Assembly (NCBI GenBank): GCA_041663185.1
Contig: JBAZQY010000002.1
Location: forward strand, 10,629-74,628
Reading direction: 5' to 3'
Length of the DNA stretch: 64,000 nt
Source: Minisyncoccota bacterium
GTDB taxonomy: Bacteria > Patescibacteriota > Minisyncoccia > Phycocordibacterales > UBA9973
Position numbers and translations under genes: made by a program. Of the stretch, positions 40,354-49,700 are shown one piece after another; positions within the stretch are counted from its first letter, which is position 1, and each line of letters starts with the position of its first letter. The notes under the pieces are model-generated. The model was given only the letters and a program-made list of their open reading frames with translations. It made no database searches and was not told where the DNA came from.

Positions 40354-42285
40354 TTATCTTAATTCGTAATCAATTGTTTTTTTGTTCATATCTGCATTTT
40401 TGACAACAAAATGGACTTTATCACCAAGAGTATATTTTTTGTGAGTTTTCTTTCCACGGATACTCATACCTTCTTTATCAAAAGTATAGTAATCATCTTT
40501 TAGATCTCGCATTCGAACCATACCTTCACACTTAGTCAATTTATCCTCAACATATAACCCCCATTCAGTTACTCCAGTAATTATTCCATCATATTTTTCT
40601 CCAATACGGCTAGACATATATTCTACTTGTTTGTACTTAATAGAAGCACGCTCGGCTTCGGATGCTTCTTTTTCTCTATTTGAGGCTTCACCACTCATTT
40701 GTTCATATTCAAACCATCTTTCTTTAGGGATAGTTTTATTTTCTAAGAAATCAGAAAGTAAACGATGAACAATCACGTCAGGATATCGGCGAATTGGAGA
40801 AGTGAAGTGAGTATAATATTTAAATCCAAGTCCATAGTGGCCAATATTTTTTGTTGAATAAATTGCCTTGGCCATTGTGCGGATGATGGCGCTATGAATC
40901 GTATCCCTGATTGGGCTATGCTCCAATTTACTTATTAAGGCATTTATTTCTTCTGATGGGATTATCCCATTTACTAATCTAACCCTATACCCAAGTCGTT
41001 TGAGAAAGATTGATAAATCCTTAATCTTTTCTTTATTAGGAAAATCGTGAACTCGATATAAGAATACACCTTGCGCTCCGTTTTTCTTTTTGGACATGAA
41101 TTCAGCGACTCTACGATTAGCCAGTAGCATAAACTCTTCAATTAATTTATTACTATCACCACGTTCTTTAATAAAGACGGATAAGGGAACTCCATTAATA
41201 CCCAATTTAAATTTGACCTCTTCTTGTTCAAGAGAAATAGCCCCTTCATCGAAACGTTTTTTTAATAGTTTTTTGGCTATATTATTTAATATTGAAAGTT
41301 CTTCAAAAAATGTTCCATGTCTCTGATCTAAAATTTTTCCAGCTTCTTCATAGGTAAACCTTTTATCTGAGTGAATCATTGTTCTCCCAAACCATTCGCT
41401 ATGTATTGTACCCGTCTTATCTAATTGAAATATAGCCGAGAAGGTTAATCGATCAACGTTTGGATTCAAACTACAAATTCCATTTGAAAGTTCTTCGGGG
41501 AGCATAGGAATTGTTCGATCAACTAGATACACCGAAGTGCCACGACGACGAGCTTCTTTATCTAAATCACTTCCTAATTTTACATAATGGGAAACATCGG
41601 CAATGTGAACACCGATCTCAAAGTGTCCGTTTTCAAGTTTTTTAAAAGAAATAGCATCGTCAAAATCTTTAGCATCATCAGGATCAATTGTGAAGGTAGT
41701 TATCTTTCGCAGGTCACGTCTAGCTTCTATCTCATGTTTGGTAATTCCTGTTTGAGAAATTTTTTGTGCCTCTTTGATAATCTGAGAGGGGAAAGTTGAA
41801 TTGAACCCTTTTTCCAGGGCAATAGCTTCCATCTCGGCATTATGTTCCATTGGCTCTCCTAGTATTTTGGTAACTTCTCCGATTGGAGCTTTTTTTGCGT
41901 CTTTCCAATCTGATATAGTGACGAAAATTTTTTGTCCTATTTTTGCTCCGTTTAATTTATTTTCTGGAATTACAATATCGGAGTACATCTTTAAATCAGA
42001 AGGTATAAGAAAATAAGTATCATTTTCTTTCTCAAGTACGCCAGCGTAACCTTTTTTTGAGCGATTAAGTATTTTCATAACTTCACCGCCCAAAGTGCCA
42101 TCTTTCTTTTTTGAGTGCATTAAAATAGTGACTGTATCACCATTGCAAGCTGTTCTTAGAAAATTATGCTCTATCTCGACGACTTCATTTTCTTTATTAT
42201 TTAAACGGACAGACCCTGTGCCCTTATGAGATATATGTATTATTCCTTCAAAGTTTCGATCGAATTGTTTGTGTTTTTTCTGCAT
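40354..42285 (-). CDS. rnr: Ribonuclease R
   Basis: TIDPDDAKDFDDA, HIADVS, THFTSPIRRYPD, S1 domain. Confidence 0.95.
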   Translation of the reverse strand: MQKKHKQFDRNFEGIIHISHKGTGSVRLNNKENEVVEIEHNFLRTACNGDTVTILMHSKKKDGTLGGEVMKILNRSKKGYAGVLEKENDTYFLIPSDLKMYSDIVIPENKLNGAKIGQKIFVTISDWKDAKKAPIGEVTKILGEPMEHNAEMEAIALEKGFNSTFPSQIIKEAQKISQTGITKHEIEARRDLRKITTFTIDPDDAKDFDDAISFKKLENGHFEIGVHIADVSHYVKLGSDLDKEARRRGTSVYLVDRTIPMLPEELSNGICSLNPNVDRLTFSAIFQLDKTGTIHSEWFGRTMIHSDKRFTYEEAGKILDQRHGTFFEELSILNNIAKKLLKKRFDEGAISLEQEEVKFKLGINGVPLSVFIKERGDSNKLIEEFMLLANRRVAEFMSKKKNGAQGVFLYRVHDFPNKEKIKDLSIFLKRLGYRVRLVNGIIPSEEINALISKLEHSPIRDTIHSAIIRTMAKAIYSTKNIGHYGLGFKYYTHFTSPIRRYPDVIVHRLLSDFLENKTIPKERWFEYEQMSGEASNREKEASEAERASIKYKQVEYMSSRIGEKYDGIITGVTEWGLYVEDKLTKCEGMVRMRDLKDDYYTFDKEGMSIRGKKTHKKYTLGDKVHFVVKNADMNKKTIDYELR

Positions 42286-42349
42286 ATTATGAGTATAACA
42301 TAGAATAGGGGGGTTGATTCATTAATATCTTTGTGCTAGGATACCTTGT

Positions 42350-42655
42350 ATGTTAAAGATACGGTTACAAAGAATAGGGCGCAAGAATGATCCAGCTTTT
42401 CGGGTTGTTTTGACTGATTCAAAGAACTCAGCAAAGAGTGGAAGATTTAAAGAAATCTTGGGCTCATATAATTTAAAAAAAGGGGAAGTATTATTTAAGC
42501 AAGATAGAATCGCTCACTGGATGAGTCATGGAGCTCAAGTCTCAGATACTGTCCACAATTTCCTTGTCCACCAGAAATTGATTGAAGGAAAGAAGAAGAA
42601 CGTTCTATCAAAGAAATCACCAACCAAAGCTCGTAAAGAACTCAAAAAAGCATAA
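42350..42655 (+). CDS. rpsP: 30S ribosomal protein S16
   Basis: MLKIRLQRIGRKNDP, GAQVSDTV. Confidence 0.95.
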   Translation: MLKIRLQRIGRKNDPAFRVVLTDSKNSAKSGRFKEILGSYNLKKGEVLFKQDRIAHWMSHGAQVSDTVHNFLVHQKLIEGKKKNVLSKKSPTKARKELKKA

Positions 42656-42663
42656 AACTAAAG

Positions 42664-42683
42664 TCCCCGAAAGGGGATTTTTT
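42664..42683 (+). terminator. rpsP terminator
   Basis: TCCCC-GAAA-GGGGA followed by T6. Confidence 0.8.
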
Positions 42684-42776
42684 GAGCTTGCTTTTTTCTG
42701 TATATATGATATAATATAGAAGAATACCGCGGATGCCGAAAAGCGATAACAGAGTAGGCTCTTTTAAAACTTTATT

Positions 42777-43520
42777 ATGATGATAACTGAAAAGATTACA
42801 TCAGACCCAATGACCGAAGGTCAACTTAAAGCAATCAAGCGTTTGCTTGAAGATGGTATTAATTTATTTAATTCCACCGACCTCGTAGCCCTTGGTTTTA
42901 CCAAGGATGAATCGCAGGAAATTCTTAAAAAAGGAAATCTGATTCAGAACGAAACGAAAGTGTTCCTGACAGCGTTACTAAAAAAGTATGCAATCATCGA
43001 CAAACGTTTTGGTGTTCCTATTGAATTCAATCTAACGGTTCCTGCCGACTACAATCACGACAAGCAAATTGACACTTCAGCCCAAAAAGCAAAAGGTGAA
43101 AAGACCACGTATTACTACAACGATGATCTTAACAGTAAGAATTTTACAAAAGCAACCAGGAAACTGGAGCCGGGCAAAACATACAACGTAAAAATCATCC
43201 CGATTCTTGAAGGGGTAACGAGCGAAGACTGTCTGACAATATTGAGCAGATACAATGCTATATTGGTAGGCGGGCAGGGTGCAACCTTAGTGTATGATGT
43301 CGCTAAAGATAAACTTCCGAAAGGTAAATGGGCAGTTTCTTTTGATGAAAAGAAGGCTCTCTGGAAAGACGCTGGCGGCTACCGCAGGGTGCCTGGCGTG
43401 ATTGCCCACTCGGATGGTGACTTCAAGTTCGGCCTTGGCTACTTCGAGGGTGACTGGGATGGTGACGGCGTTCTGCTTTGCTTCTGCGACGTGCCTGCTT
43501 CCGAGCAGGCTAGCACTTAG
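42777..43520 (+). CDS. DGR target protein with C-terminal variable region (CLec-like fold inferred)
   Basis: VR encodes 40 codons ending VLLCFCD, 9 residues before the stop; no signal peptide or TM seen. Confidence 0.9.
   Translation: MMITEKITSDPMTEGQLKAIKRLLEDGINLFNSTDLVALGFTKDESQEILKKGNLIQNETKVFLTALLKKYAIIDKRFGVPIEFNLTVPADYNHDKQIDTSAQKAKGEKTTYYYNDDLNSKNFTKATRKLEPGKTYNVKIIPILEGVTSEDCLTILSRYNAILVGGQGATLVYDVAKDKLPKGKWAVSFDEKKALWKDAGGYRRVPGVIAHSDGDFKFGLGYFEGDWDGDGVLLCFCDVPASEQAST
43369..43490 (+). repeat. DGR variable repeat (VR)
   Basis: 106/122 identical to TR; all 16 differences are opposite a TR adenine. Confidence 0.96.
43493..43510 (+). promoter_or_regulatory. GC-rich hairpin just 3' of VR (candidate target-recognition element)
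   Basis: GCCTGCT-TCCG-AGCAGGC; absent after TR. Confidence 0.75.
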
Positions 43521-43566
43521 TCGCTTTGTTCCTTAAACACATTGGGTCCTTAGACCCTTGATTCTT

Positions 43567-43596
43567 GTGCTCTTACTTTGTAAGAGCACTTTTTTT
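43567..43596 (+). terminator. Terminator after DGR target gene
   Basis: GTGCTCTTAC-TTT-GTAAGAGCAC followed by T7. Confidence 0.85.
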
Positions 43597-43839
43597 ATAT
43601 ATAATTAAAAAAGGAAAAAGATTTGACGTGCGGTTACGACTTCACGTTGTCAATTTCTCGTAAAAAGAATTAGCGAGGAATTGCTCGGGTATTCCTTAGC
43701 AGTGAGAGCTACTTTTTATGAAAAAACAAAATAAGTCGGTGCAATATGTCGGTGAGTTTTTAAGACTCAAAATAAAATACAGAGATTGACTGGTGTTGGT
43801 CTCGGTGGAATAGATGGTGTGTTGTACATTGCTTTGCTT

Positions 43840-43961
43840 ACGCTGACGGCAACCACAGGGTGCCTAACGTGAATGCCAACTCGGATGGTGACTTCAAGTT
43901 CAACCTTGGCAACTTCGAGAATGACTGGAATGATGACAACGTTCTGCTTTGCTTCTGCGAC
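43840..43961 (+). repeat. DGR template repeat (TR)
   Basis: AAY-rich copy of VR: 9 AAY codons in the VR frame, 31 adenines. Confidence 0.96.
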
Positions 43962-43978
43962 TCATATCGTTTCTCCCG

Positions 43979-44326
43979 CTACTTGTTAGTGGGAGTTTTA
44001 TCTTGCAAACTTTTCTTCCATCCACCAAGCATCCGACCGACTTCGTCTAATTGAAGAATAATGTTGCCATAGGTAGCGTGGTCAAGCACTTTGTGTTCCC
44101 ACCCAATTTGTAAAAAGAATTTCAATAAATCGGATTTGCCAATAGCTTGAGATACAAGAGATAATTTTTCAAATTTATCACAGGCAAAAGTTGCTCTGAA
44201 TATGAGTTCAAGTAAAGATAAAAAAATATCATCAATTTTAATACCAATAGTATACCTATCAACCTTAGAAATATTTTCTAGATATTTATGCCAAATCTTA
44301 TAAGATTCTTTAGTACGCACAAGCAC
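43979..44326 (-). CDS. avd: Avd-like four-helix-bundle accessory protein
   Basis: RYTIGIKID, DLLKFFLQI, EVGRMLGGW; lies between TR and rt; start uncertain (GTG 44326, or ATG 44387 after a frameshift). Confidence 0.88.
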   Translation of the reverse strand: MLVRTKESYKIWHKYLENISKVDRYTIGIKIDDIFLSLLELIFRATFACDKFEKLSLVSQAIGKSDLLKFFLQIGWEHKVLDHATYGNIILQLDEVGRMLGGWKKSLQDKTPTNK

Positions 44327-44341
44327 AAGCGGTGCTTGTGC

Positions 44342-44351
44342 GGGGGGGGGG
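44342..44351. repeat. G10 homopolymer abutting an 11-bp hairpin (44316-44342)
   Basis: CGCACAAGCAC-AAGCG-GTGCTTGTGCG whose last base is the first G of the run. Confidence 0.9.
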
Positions 44352-44375
44352 TAGTAGATTTATAGTTCTATTATT

Positions 44376-45350
44376 ATGTTTGTTCATAAATATAACAATA
44401 TCATATCAATCGAAAATCTCCTTATGACTTGGGAGCGTTTTCTTCGTGGAAAACGCAAAAAGAAAGATGTGATAATCTTTCAATCAAAACTTTCTGATAA
44501 TATAAACGATTTATATAATCTTCTTCAAACAAGAACATATATTCATGGCGAGTACTCAGCCTTTAATGTTTCAGACCCAAAACCGAGGAATATTCACAAG
44601 GCGACAGTTCGCGATAGGCTTTTACACCATTTGATTTACAAAGAATTATATCCGTATTTTGATACTAGATTTATTTATGATTCGTACTCGTGTAGAAAAA
44701 ATAAAGGAACACACAAAGCACTAGACCGATTTCGATTTTTTGCAAGGAAAGTTTCAAAAAATAATACCAGAACTTGCTATGTATTAAAAGGAGACATAAA
44801 AAAGTTTTTTGCAAGCATTAATCATGATGTTTTACGCTCAATTCTCGGACGGCATATTGAAAACAAAGAGATACTCTGGTTAATCAACCAGGTCATTAAA
44901 AGTTTTCATACAACAAATGAAGGTATCGGCTTACCACTCGGAAATCTAACCTCTCAACTTTTAGTAAATATATATATGCATGAATTTGATATGTTTGTAA
45001 AACAGGAACTTCGAGTGAAATATTATATTCGTTATGCTGACGACTTTGCAATTTTTTCAGACAGTAATAAATATCTGGAAGAATTGCTTCCTAAGATGGA
45101 AATATTTTTGAATGAAAAAATGAAATTGAAACTTCACGAAAACAAAGTGTATATCAAAACTTATGCTTCGGGAGTAGATTTTTTAGGCTGGATTCATTTT
45201 CCATATCATCGACAAATACGAACAAGTACAAAAAGAAAAATAATCAGAAAATTGAAAGGTTATCCCAAACCAGAAACGATAAACTCATATCATGGATTAT
45301 TAGGGCATGGAAATACTTATAAACTTAGGAAAAAGGTGAAAATTAATTAA
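44376..45350 (+). CDS. DGR reverse transcriptase
   Basis: KPRNIH, RDRLLHH, KGTHKA, DIKKFF, GLPLGNLTSQ, YIRYADD, DFLG; 324 aa, no maturase or endonuclease domain seen. Confidence 0.95.
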   Translation: MFVHKYNNIISIENLLMTWERFLRGKRKKKDVIIFQSKLSDNINDLYNLLQTRTYIHGEYSAFNVSDPKPRNIHKATVRDRLLHHLIYKELYPYFDTRFIYDSYSCRKNKGTHKALDRFRFFARKVSKNNTRTCYVLKGDIKKFFASINHDVLRSILGRHIENKEILWLINQVIKSFHTTNEGIGLPLGNLTSQLLVNIYMHEFDMFVKQELRVKYYIRYADDFAIFSDSNKYLEELLPKMEIFLNEKMKLKLHENKVYIKTYASGVDFLGWIHFPYHRQIRTSTKRKIIRKLKGYPKPETINSYHGLLGHGNTYKLRKKVKIN

Positions 45351-45457
45351 TGGAATTTTATTATTGCATACTGAAATATAAATATGTTATAATATAAATA
45401 GAGCAGTCGTAGTCGGTACACTGCACAGATTTTAAGAGAATAATACTAAAAGATAAT

Positions 45458-45787
45458 ATGGCAGACGATAAAGCATTTTTAGAGTATATTGTAAAAGCAT
45501 TGGTTGATTATCCAGACGATGTGAAAATCGACCGCACAGTCGACGAGATGGGAGTACTCATAACTATGACCGTTAATGGTGCAGATATGGGTAAAATTAT
45601 TGGTCGTCAGGGAAACACAGCAAAGGCAATCCGAACACTCTTGCGAGTTATTGGTATGAAGAATAATGCTCGAGTTAACCTAAAGATTAACGAACCAGAA
45701 GGTGGAAAAGTAGAGGCTCCTTCAGAAAATGGAGAATCAGCATCCAAATCAGTGGACTCAGCCCTCGAAGACTTAAAGGGAATATAA
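45458..45787 (+). CDS. khpA: KH-domain RNA-binding protein KhpA
   Basis: LVDYPDDV, DMGKIIGRQGNTAKAIRTLL. Confidence 0.9.
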   Translation: MADDKAFLEYIVKALVDYPDDVKIDRTVDEMGVLITMTVNGADMGKIIGRQGNTAKAIRTLLRVIGMKNNARVNLKINEPEGGKVEAPSENGESASKSVDSALEDLKGI

Positions 45788-45791
45788 TTGA

Positions 45792-45831
45792 AATAAAGAA
45801 AACGACCTCTACTGAGGTCGTTTTCTTTATT
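45792..45831. terminator. Long hairpin terminator after khpA
   Basis: AATAAAGAAAACGACCTC-TACT-GAGGTCGTTTTCTTTATT. Confidence 0.8.
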
Positions 45832-45849
45832 TTATGGTATAGTAGTTTT

Positions 45850-46521
45850 ATGAATTTCTATGTCATTACACTTTTTCCAGAAATGTTTAACTCATATTTA
45901 AATGAGTCGATTTTGGGACGGGCTATCAAAAACAAAAAGATAAAAATAACCTTTGTAAATCCTCGACAATTTGTCACTGGTAAATACAAGAAGGTCTGGC
46001 CAGACGGAAATATTTCAGCACAAGTAGATGACCGTCCATATGCTGGTGGACCTGGAATGGTCATGAGAGCTGAACCGATCATTAAAGCAGTGGAATCTAT
46101 AACAAAAAAAAATAAAAGCAAAAAGTTTTTGGTTATTAATTTTATTCCAACTGCTCCCAAATTTGATACTAAGATGGCTAAAAATATCGGAGTTAAGTAC
46201 ACCGATGTTATTATGATTTGTGGTAGATATGAAGGGATAGATGCACGAGTAGATAAAATCCTGAAAACAAAAAAAATTTCAATAGGGGATTATGTTCTAA
46301 CTGGCGGAGAAATACCGGCGATGGTTTTAATTGATTCCATCTCTCGTCAAGTAGAAGGAGTATTAGGAAATTTTGATTCTCGTGAAGAAGAAAGAGTTTC
46401 TTCAAGCGAAGTCTACACCCGCCCAGAAATCATAGAGCATAAAGGTAAAAAGTATAAAGTCCCCAAAGTCTTACTTGGAGGAGATCATAAAAAAATAGAA
46501 AATTGGAAAAAGAGTAAGTAG
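45850..46521 (+). CDS. trmD: tRNA (guanine-N1)-methyltransferase
   Basis: ITLFPEMF, VDDRPYAGGPGMV, CGRYEGID, SIGDYVLTGGE. Confidence 0.96.
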   Translation: MNFYVITLFPEMFNSYLNESILGRAIKNKKIKITFVNPRQFVTGKYKKVWPDGNISAQVDDRPYAGGPGMVMRAEPIIKAVESITKKNKSKKFLVINFIPTAPKFDTKMAKNIGVKYTDVIMICGRYEGIDARVDKILKTKKISIGDYVLTGGEIPAMVLIDSISRQVEGVLGNFDSREEERVSSSEVYTRPEIIEHKGKKYKVPKVLLGGDHKKIENWKKSK

Positions 46522-46535
46522 TGGGGATAAATCCC

Positions 46536-46563
46536 TTGACAATTAATTGTTTTCGTATATACT
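46536..46563 (+). promoter_or_regulatory. sigma70-type promoter of rpoBC
   Basis: TTGACA-16 nt-TATACT. Confidence 0.65.
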
Positions 46564-46725
46564 TACCCCCAGATTGAATAGATTGAGTCATGGCAAATCA
46601 ATCCTCGTTTTTGGTTCATAAGCTTTTAGAACTGTGTTAAAAAACAATATTGCCATTATAAATAGAAAATAATACCAGAGTTTGGTCGCTCCGGTTTTTT
46701 CTCGTTTTGTATTTTTAATATTATT

Positions 46726-49700
46726 ATGAAAAAAACAGCTATACGTCCTAAGAAGTATTTTGCACGCTATAAGAAGCCACTAGTTCCGTTTCCTAATTTG
46801 ATTGAAAATCAACTAGTTTCTTTTAACTGGCTGATTGAGAGTGGACTTAAGGAAGTCTTCAAAGAATTTTCTCCGATTAATGATTACTCAGAAAAGAAAT
46901 TTCAATTAGATTTCACTTCTTTTACATTAAGTGAACCAAAATTTGACGAAGAATATACAAAGATAAATAAACTAACTTACGAAGGAGGACTTAAGGCTCG
47001 AGTTAAACTTTTAAACAAAGGCATTGGGACTTCAAAAGAACAGGAAATTTTTATGGCGGATGTTCCGTTAATGACCAAACACGGAACATTTATCATTAAT
47101 GGAGTTGAACGTGTTATTGTGCCACAGCTCACCAGAAGTTTTGGAGTATTTTTTACTGAACAGGAATTAAAAGGCAAAAGATATTTTGGAGCAAAAATAA
47201 TTCCAGCTCGTGGGGTTTGGATAGAAATTGAATCAGACACTGATGGCGCTGTTTATGTACGAGTAGATAAAAAACGAAAGTTTTCAGTTACTTCACTTTT
47301 GCGAGTACTGGGGCTTGATAAAGATGAAGCAATAATTAAGGCTTTTGATAAGTCTGCCTCGATTGAAGGTGGCAATGAAGAAGCGCTTAAAACCATTAAA
47401 ATTTCTCTTGAAAAAGATCCAGCTAAAACAGCTCAAGATTCGTTTATAGAGATATACAAACGTCTTCGTGATGGTGATTTAGCTACCGCCGAAAATGCTA
47501 GAGATTTTATCACAGCCTTACTTTCAAATGAGAGATATGATCTTTCGCCAGTTGGGAGATTTCGTTTCAATAAACGTTTTGAAAAGAATATGGACGACAA
47601 AGAAATGGAACGCCGTACGATTTCAGCTGATGATATTATAACTATTGTGAATAATATAGTGTTACTAAATAATACTCCTCATGCTAAGGCTGATGATATT
47701 GATCACTTGGGTCAACGTCGCGTTCGCTATGTGGGAGAAATGATTCAACAAAAGTTTCGGATGGGGATGTCTCAAATCAAAAGAAACATTCAAGATAGAA
47801 TGTCGACCATTGATGTCGGGACGACTCTCCCTGTTCAAATAATAAATCAACGTCCTCTTCAGGCTCGCATAAAAGAATTTTTCACAGCCAATCAGCTTTC
47901 ACAATTTATGAACCAAGAAAACGTCATGGCAGAACTTGAACATCTTCGCCGTCTCTCAGCCCTAGGTCCAGGAGGACTAACTCGTGAACGAGCAGGACTT
48001 GAAGTTCGTGACGTTCACACTTCTCATTATGGACGAGTTTGTCCAATCCATACTCCAGAAGGTCCAAACATTGGATTAATTTTAAATCTTTCGACCTATG
48101 CCAAAATCAATGAATTTGGAATTATTGAAACTCCTTATGTTAAAGTTAAAAACGGTAAAATTACAAGTGAAGTAGTTTACCTAAATGCGCTGGAAGAAGA
48201 GAAATATAACATTGCTCACGCTGGGATTGATTATGATGAAAAAGGGAATATAAAAGAAGATAAAGTAGAAGCACGTCTAAAAACAAAACCAGGATTGATT
48301 TCAAAAAATGAGATTGATTTTATCGATGTGGCGACTAACCAAGCTTTCTCTATTGCAACCTCGATGATTCCATTCTTAGAGCATGATGATGCACACCGAA
48401 CACTCATGGGATCAAACATGCAAAAGCAGGCTCTTCCATGTGTTCTTCCCGAAGCGCCACTTGTCGCAACTGGCATGGAAGAGTTAGCAAGTCGTGATTC
48501 TGGACGTTTGGTGATATCTCCAGTTCATGGTGTTGTCTCATATGTTGATGCTAAAAAAGTAACAGTTAAAGATGATAAGGGGAAGGAGCATGTCTATCCT
48601 CTCATCAACTTTTCTCGTACTAATAATTTCTCAATGTTCCATCAACGACCTAGTGTTTCTATGGGAGATAAGGTAAAGAAGGGAGATATCTTAGCTGATA
48701 CAAGTACGACCGAGAATGGACAAATTGCTCTAGGGCAGAATGTCCTTGTTGGATTTATGTCTTGGGGCGGAGCCAACTACGAAGATGCGATAATTCTTTC
48801 TGAAAAGTTAGTAAAAAATAGTAAATTTACAAGTATTTATGTAACAGAGTTTATTTGTAATGTTCGAGACACCAAGCTTGGTCCTGAGATAACTACTCGT
48901 GATATTCCAAATGTTGGAGAAAATAAATTAAAAGATCTTGATGAAGATGGAATTATAATTGTCGGAGCCGAAGTTAAAGAGAATGATATTCTTGTTGGTA
49001 AAATTACTCCAAAAGGAGAAACAGAACTTACTCCTGAGGAAAGATTACTTCGCTCAATCTTCACTGAAAAAGCTCGTGACGTCAAAGATACGTCACTTCG
49101 TCTTGAACACGGGAAACAAGGTAGAATTATTGGAGTAAAAATTTTCTCACGCGACCAAGGTCACAATCTTGAGTCAGGTATTATAAAAAGAATAGTTGTT
49201 GAAATTGCACAAATAAGAAATATTTCTATTGGAGATAAGTTGGCTGGACGTCACGGTAACAAAGGTGTCATCTCGGTTATTTTACCAGAAGAAGAAATGC
49301 CATTCATGGCTGATGGGACTTCTATAGATATTATACTTACTCCACTTGGAGTCCCTTCTCGTATGAACTTGGGGCAAATTCTTGAAATGCATTTAGGTTA
49401 TGCTGCTCATACTCTCGACTATCAGGCGATTGTTCCACCATTTTCATCCGCGACAGTCCCTGAAATAAAAGCTGAGCTTGTAAAAGCTGGACTTCCAGAG
49501 AGTGGAAAAGTTACTCTTTATGATGGACGCACTGGAGATGCCTTTGATCAAGATGTAGCTATTGGATATATGTATATGCTCAAACTTCACCACATGGTTG
49601 AAGATAAATTACACATGCGTTCTATCGGACCTTACTCACTTATCACTCAACAACCTTTGGGTGGAAAAGCCCAGGGTGGAGGACAACGCTTCGGAGAAAT

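Larger units (their letters stand above)
42777..45350 (+). mobile_element. Diversity-generating retroelement: target(VR) - TR - avd (inverted) - rt
   Basis: 122-bp TR/VR pair with adenine-only mismatches, Avd-like gene, DGR-type RT. Confidence 0.96.

Noticed and set aside
43860-44054. 64-aa ORF resembling the target C-terminus
   Set aside because: It is the TR read in the VR frame and overlaps avd on the other strand; TRs act as RNA templates
44376-45350. Group II intron or retron RT
   Set aside because: No maturase/endonuclease domain or msr-msd seen; TR/VR and avd explain it as a DGR
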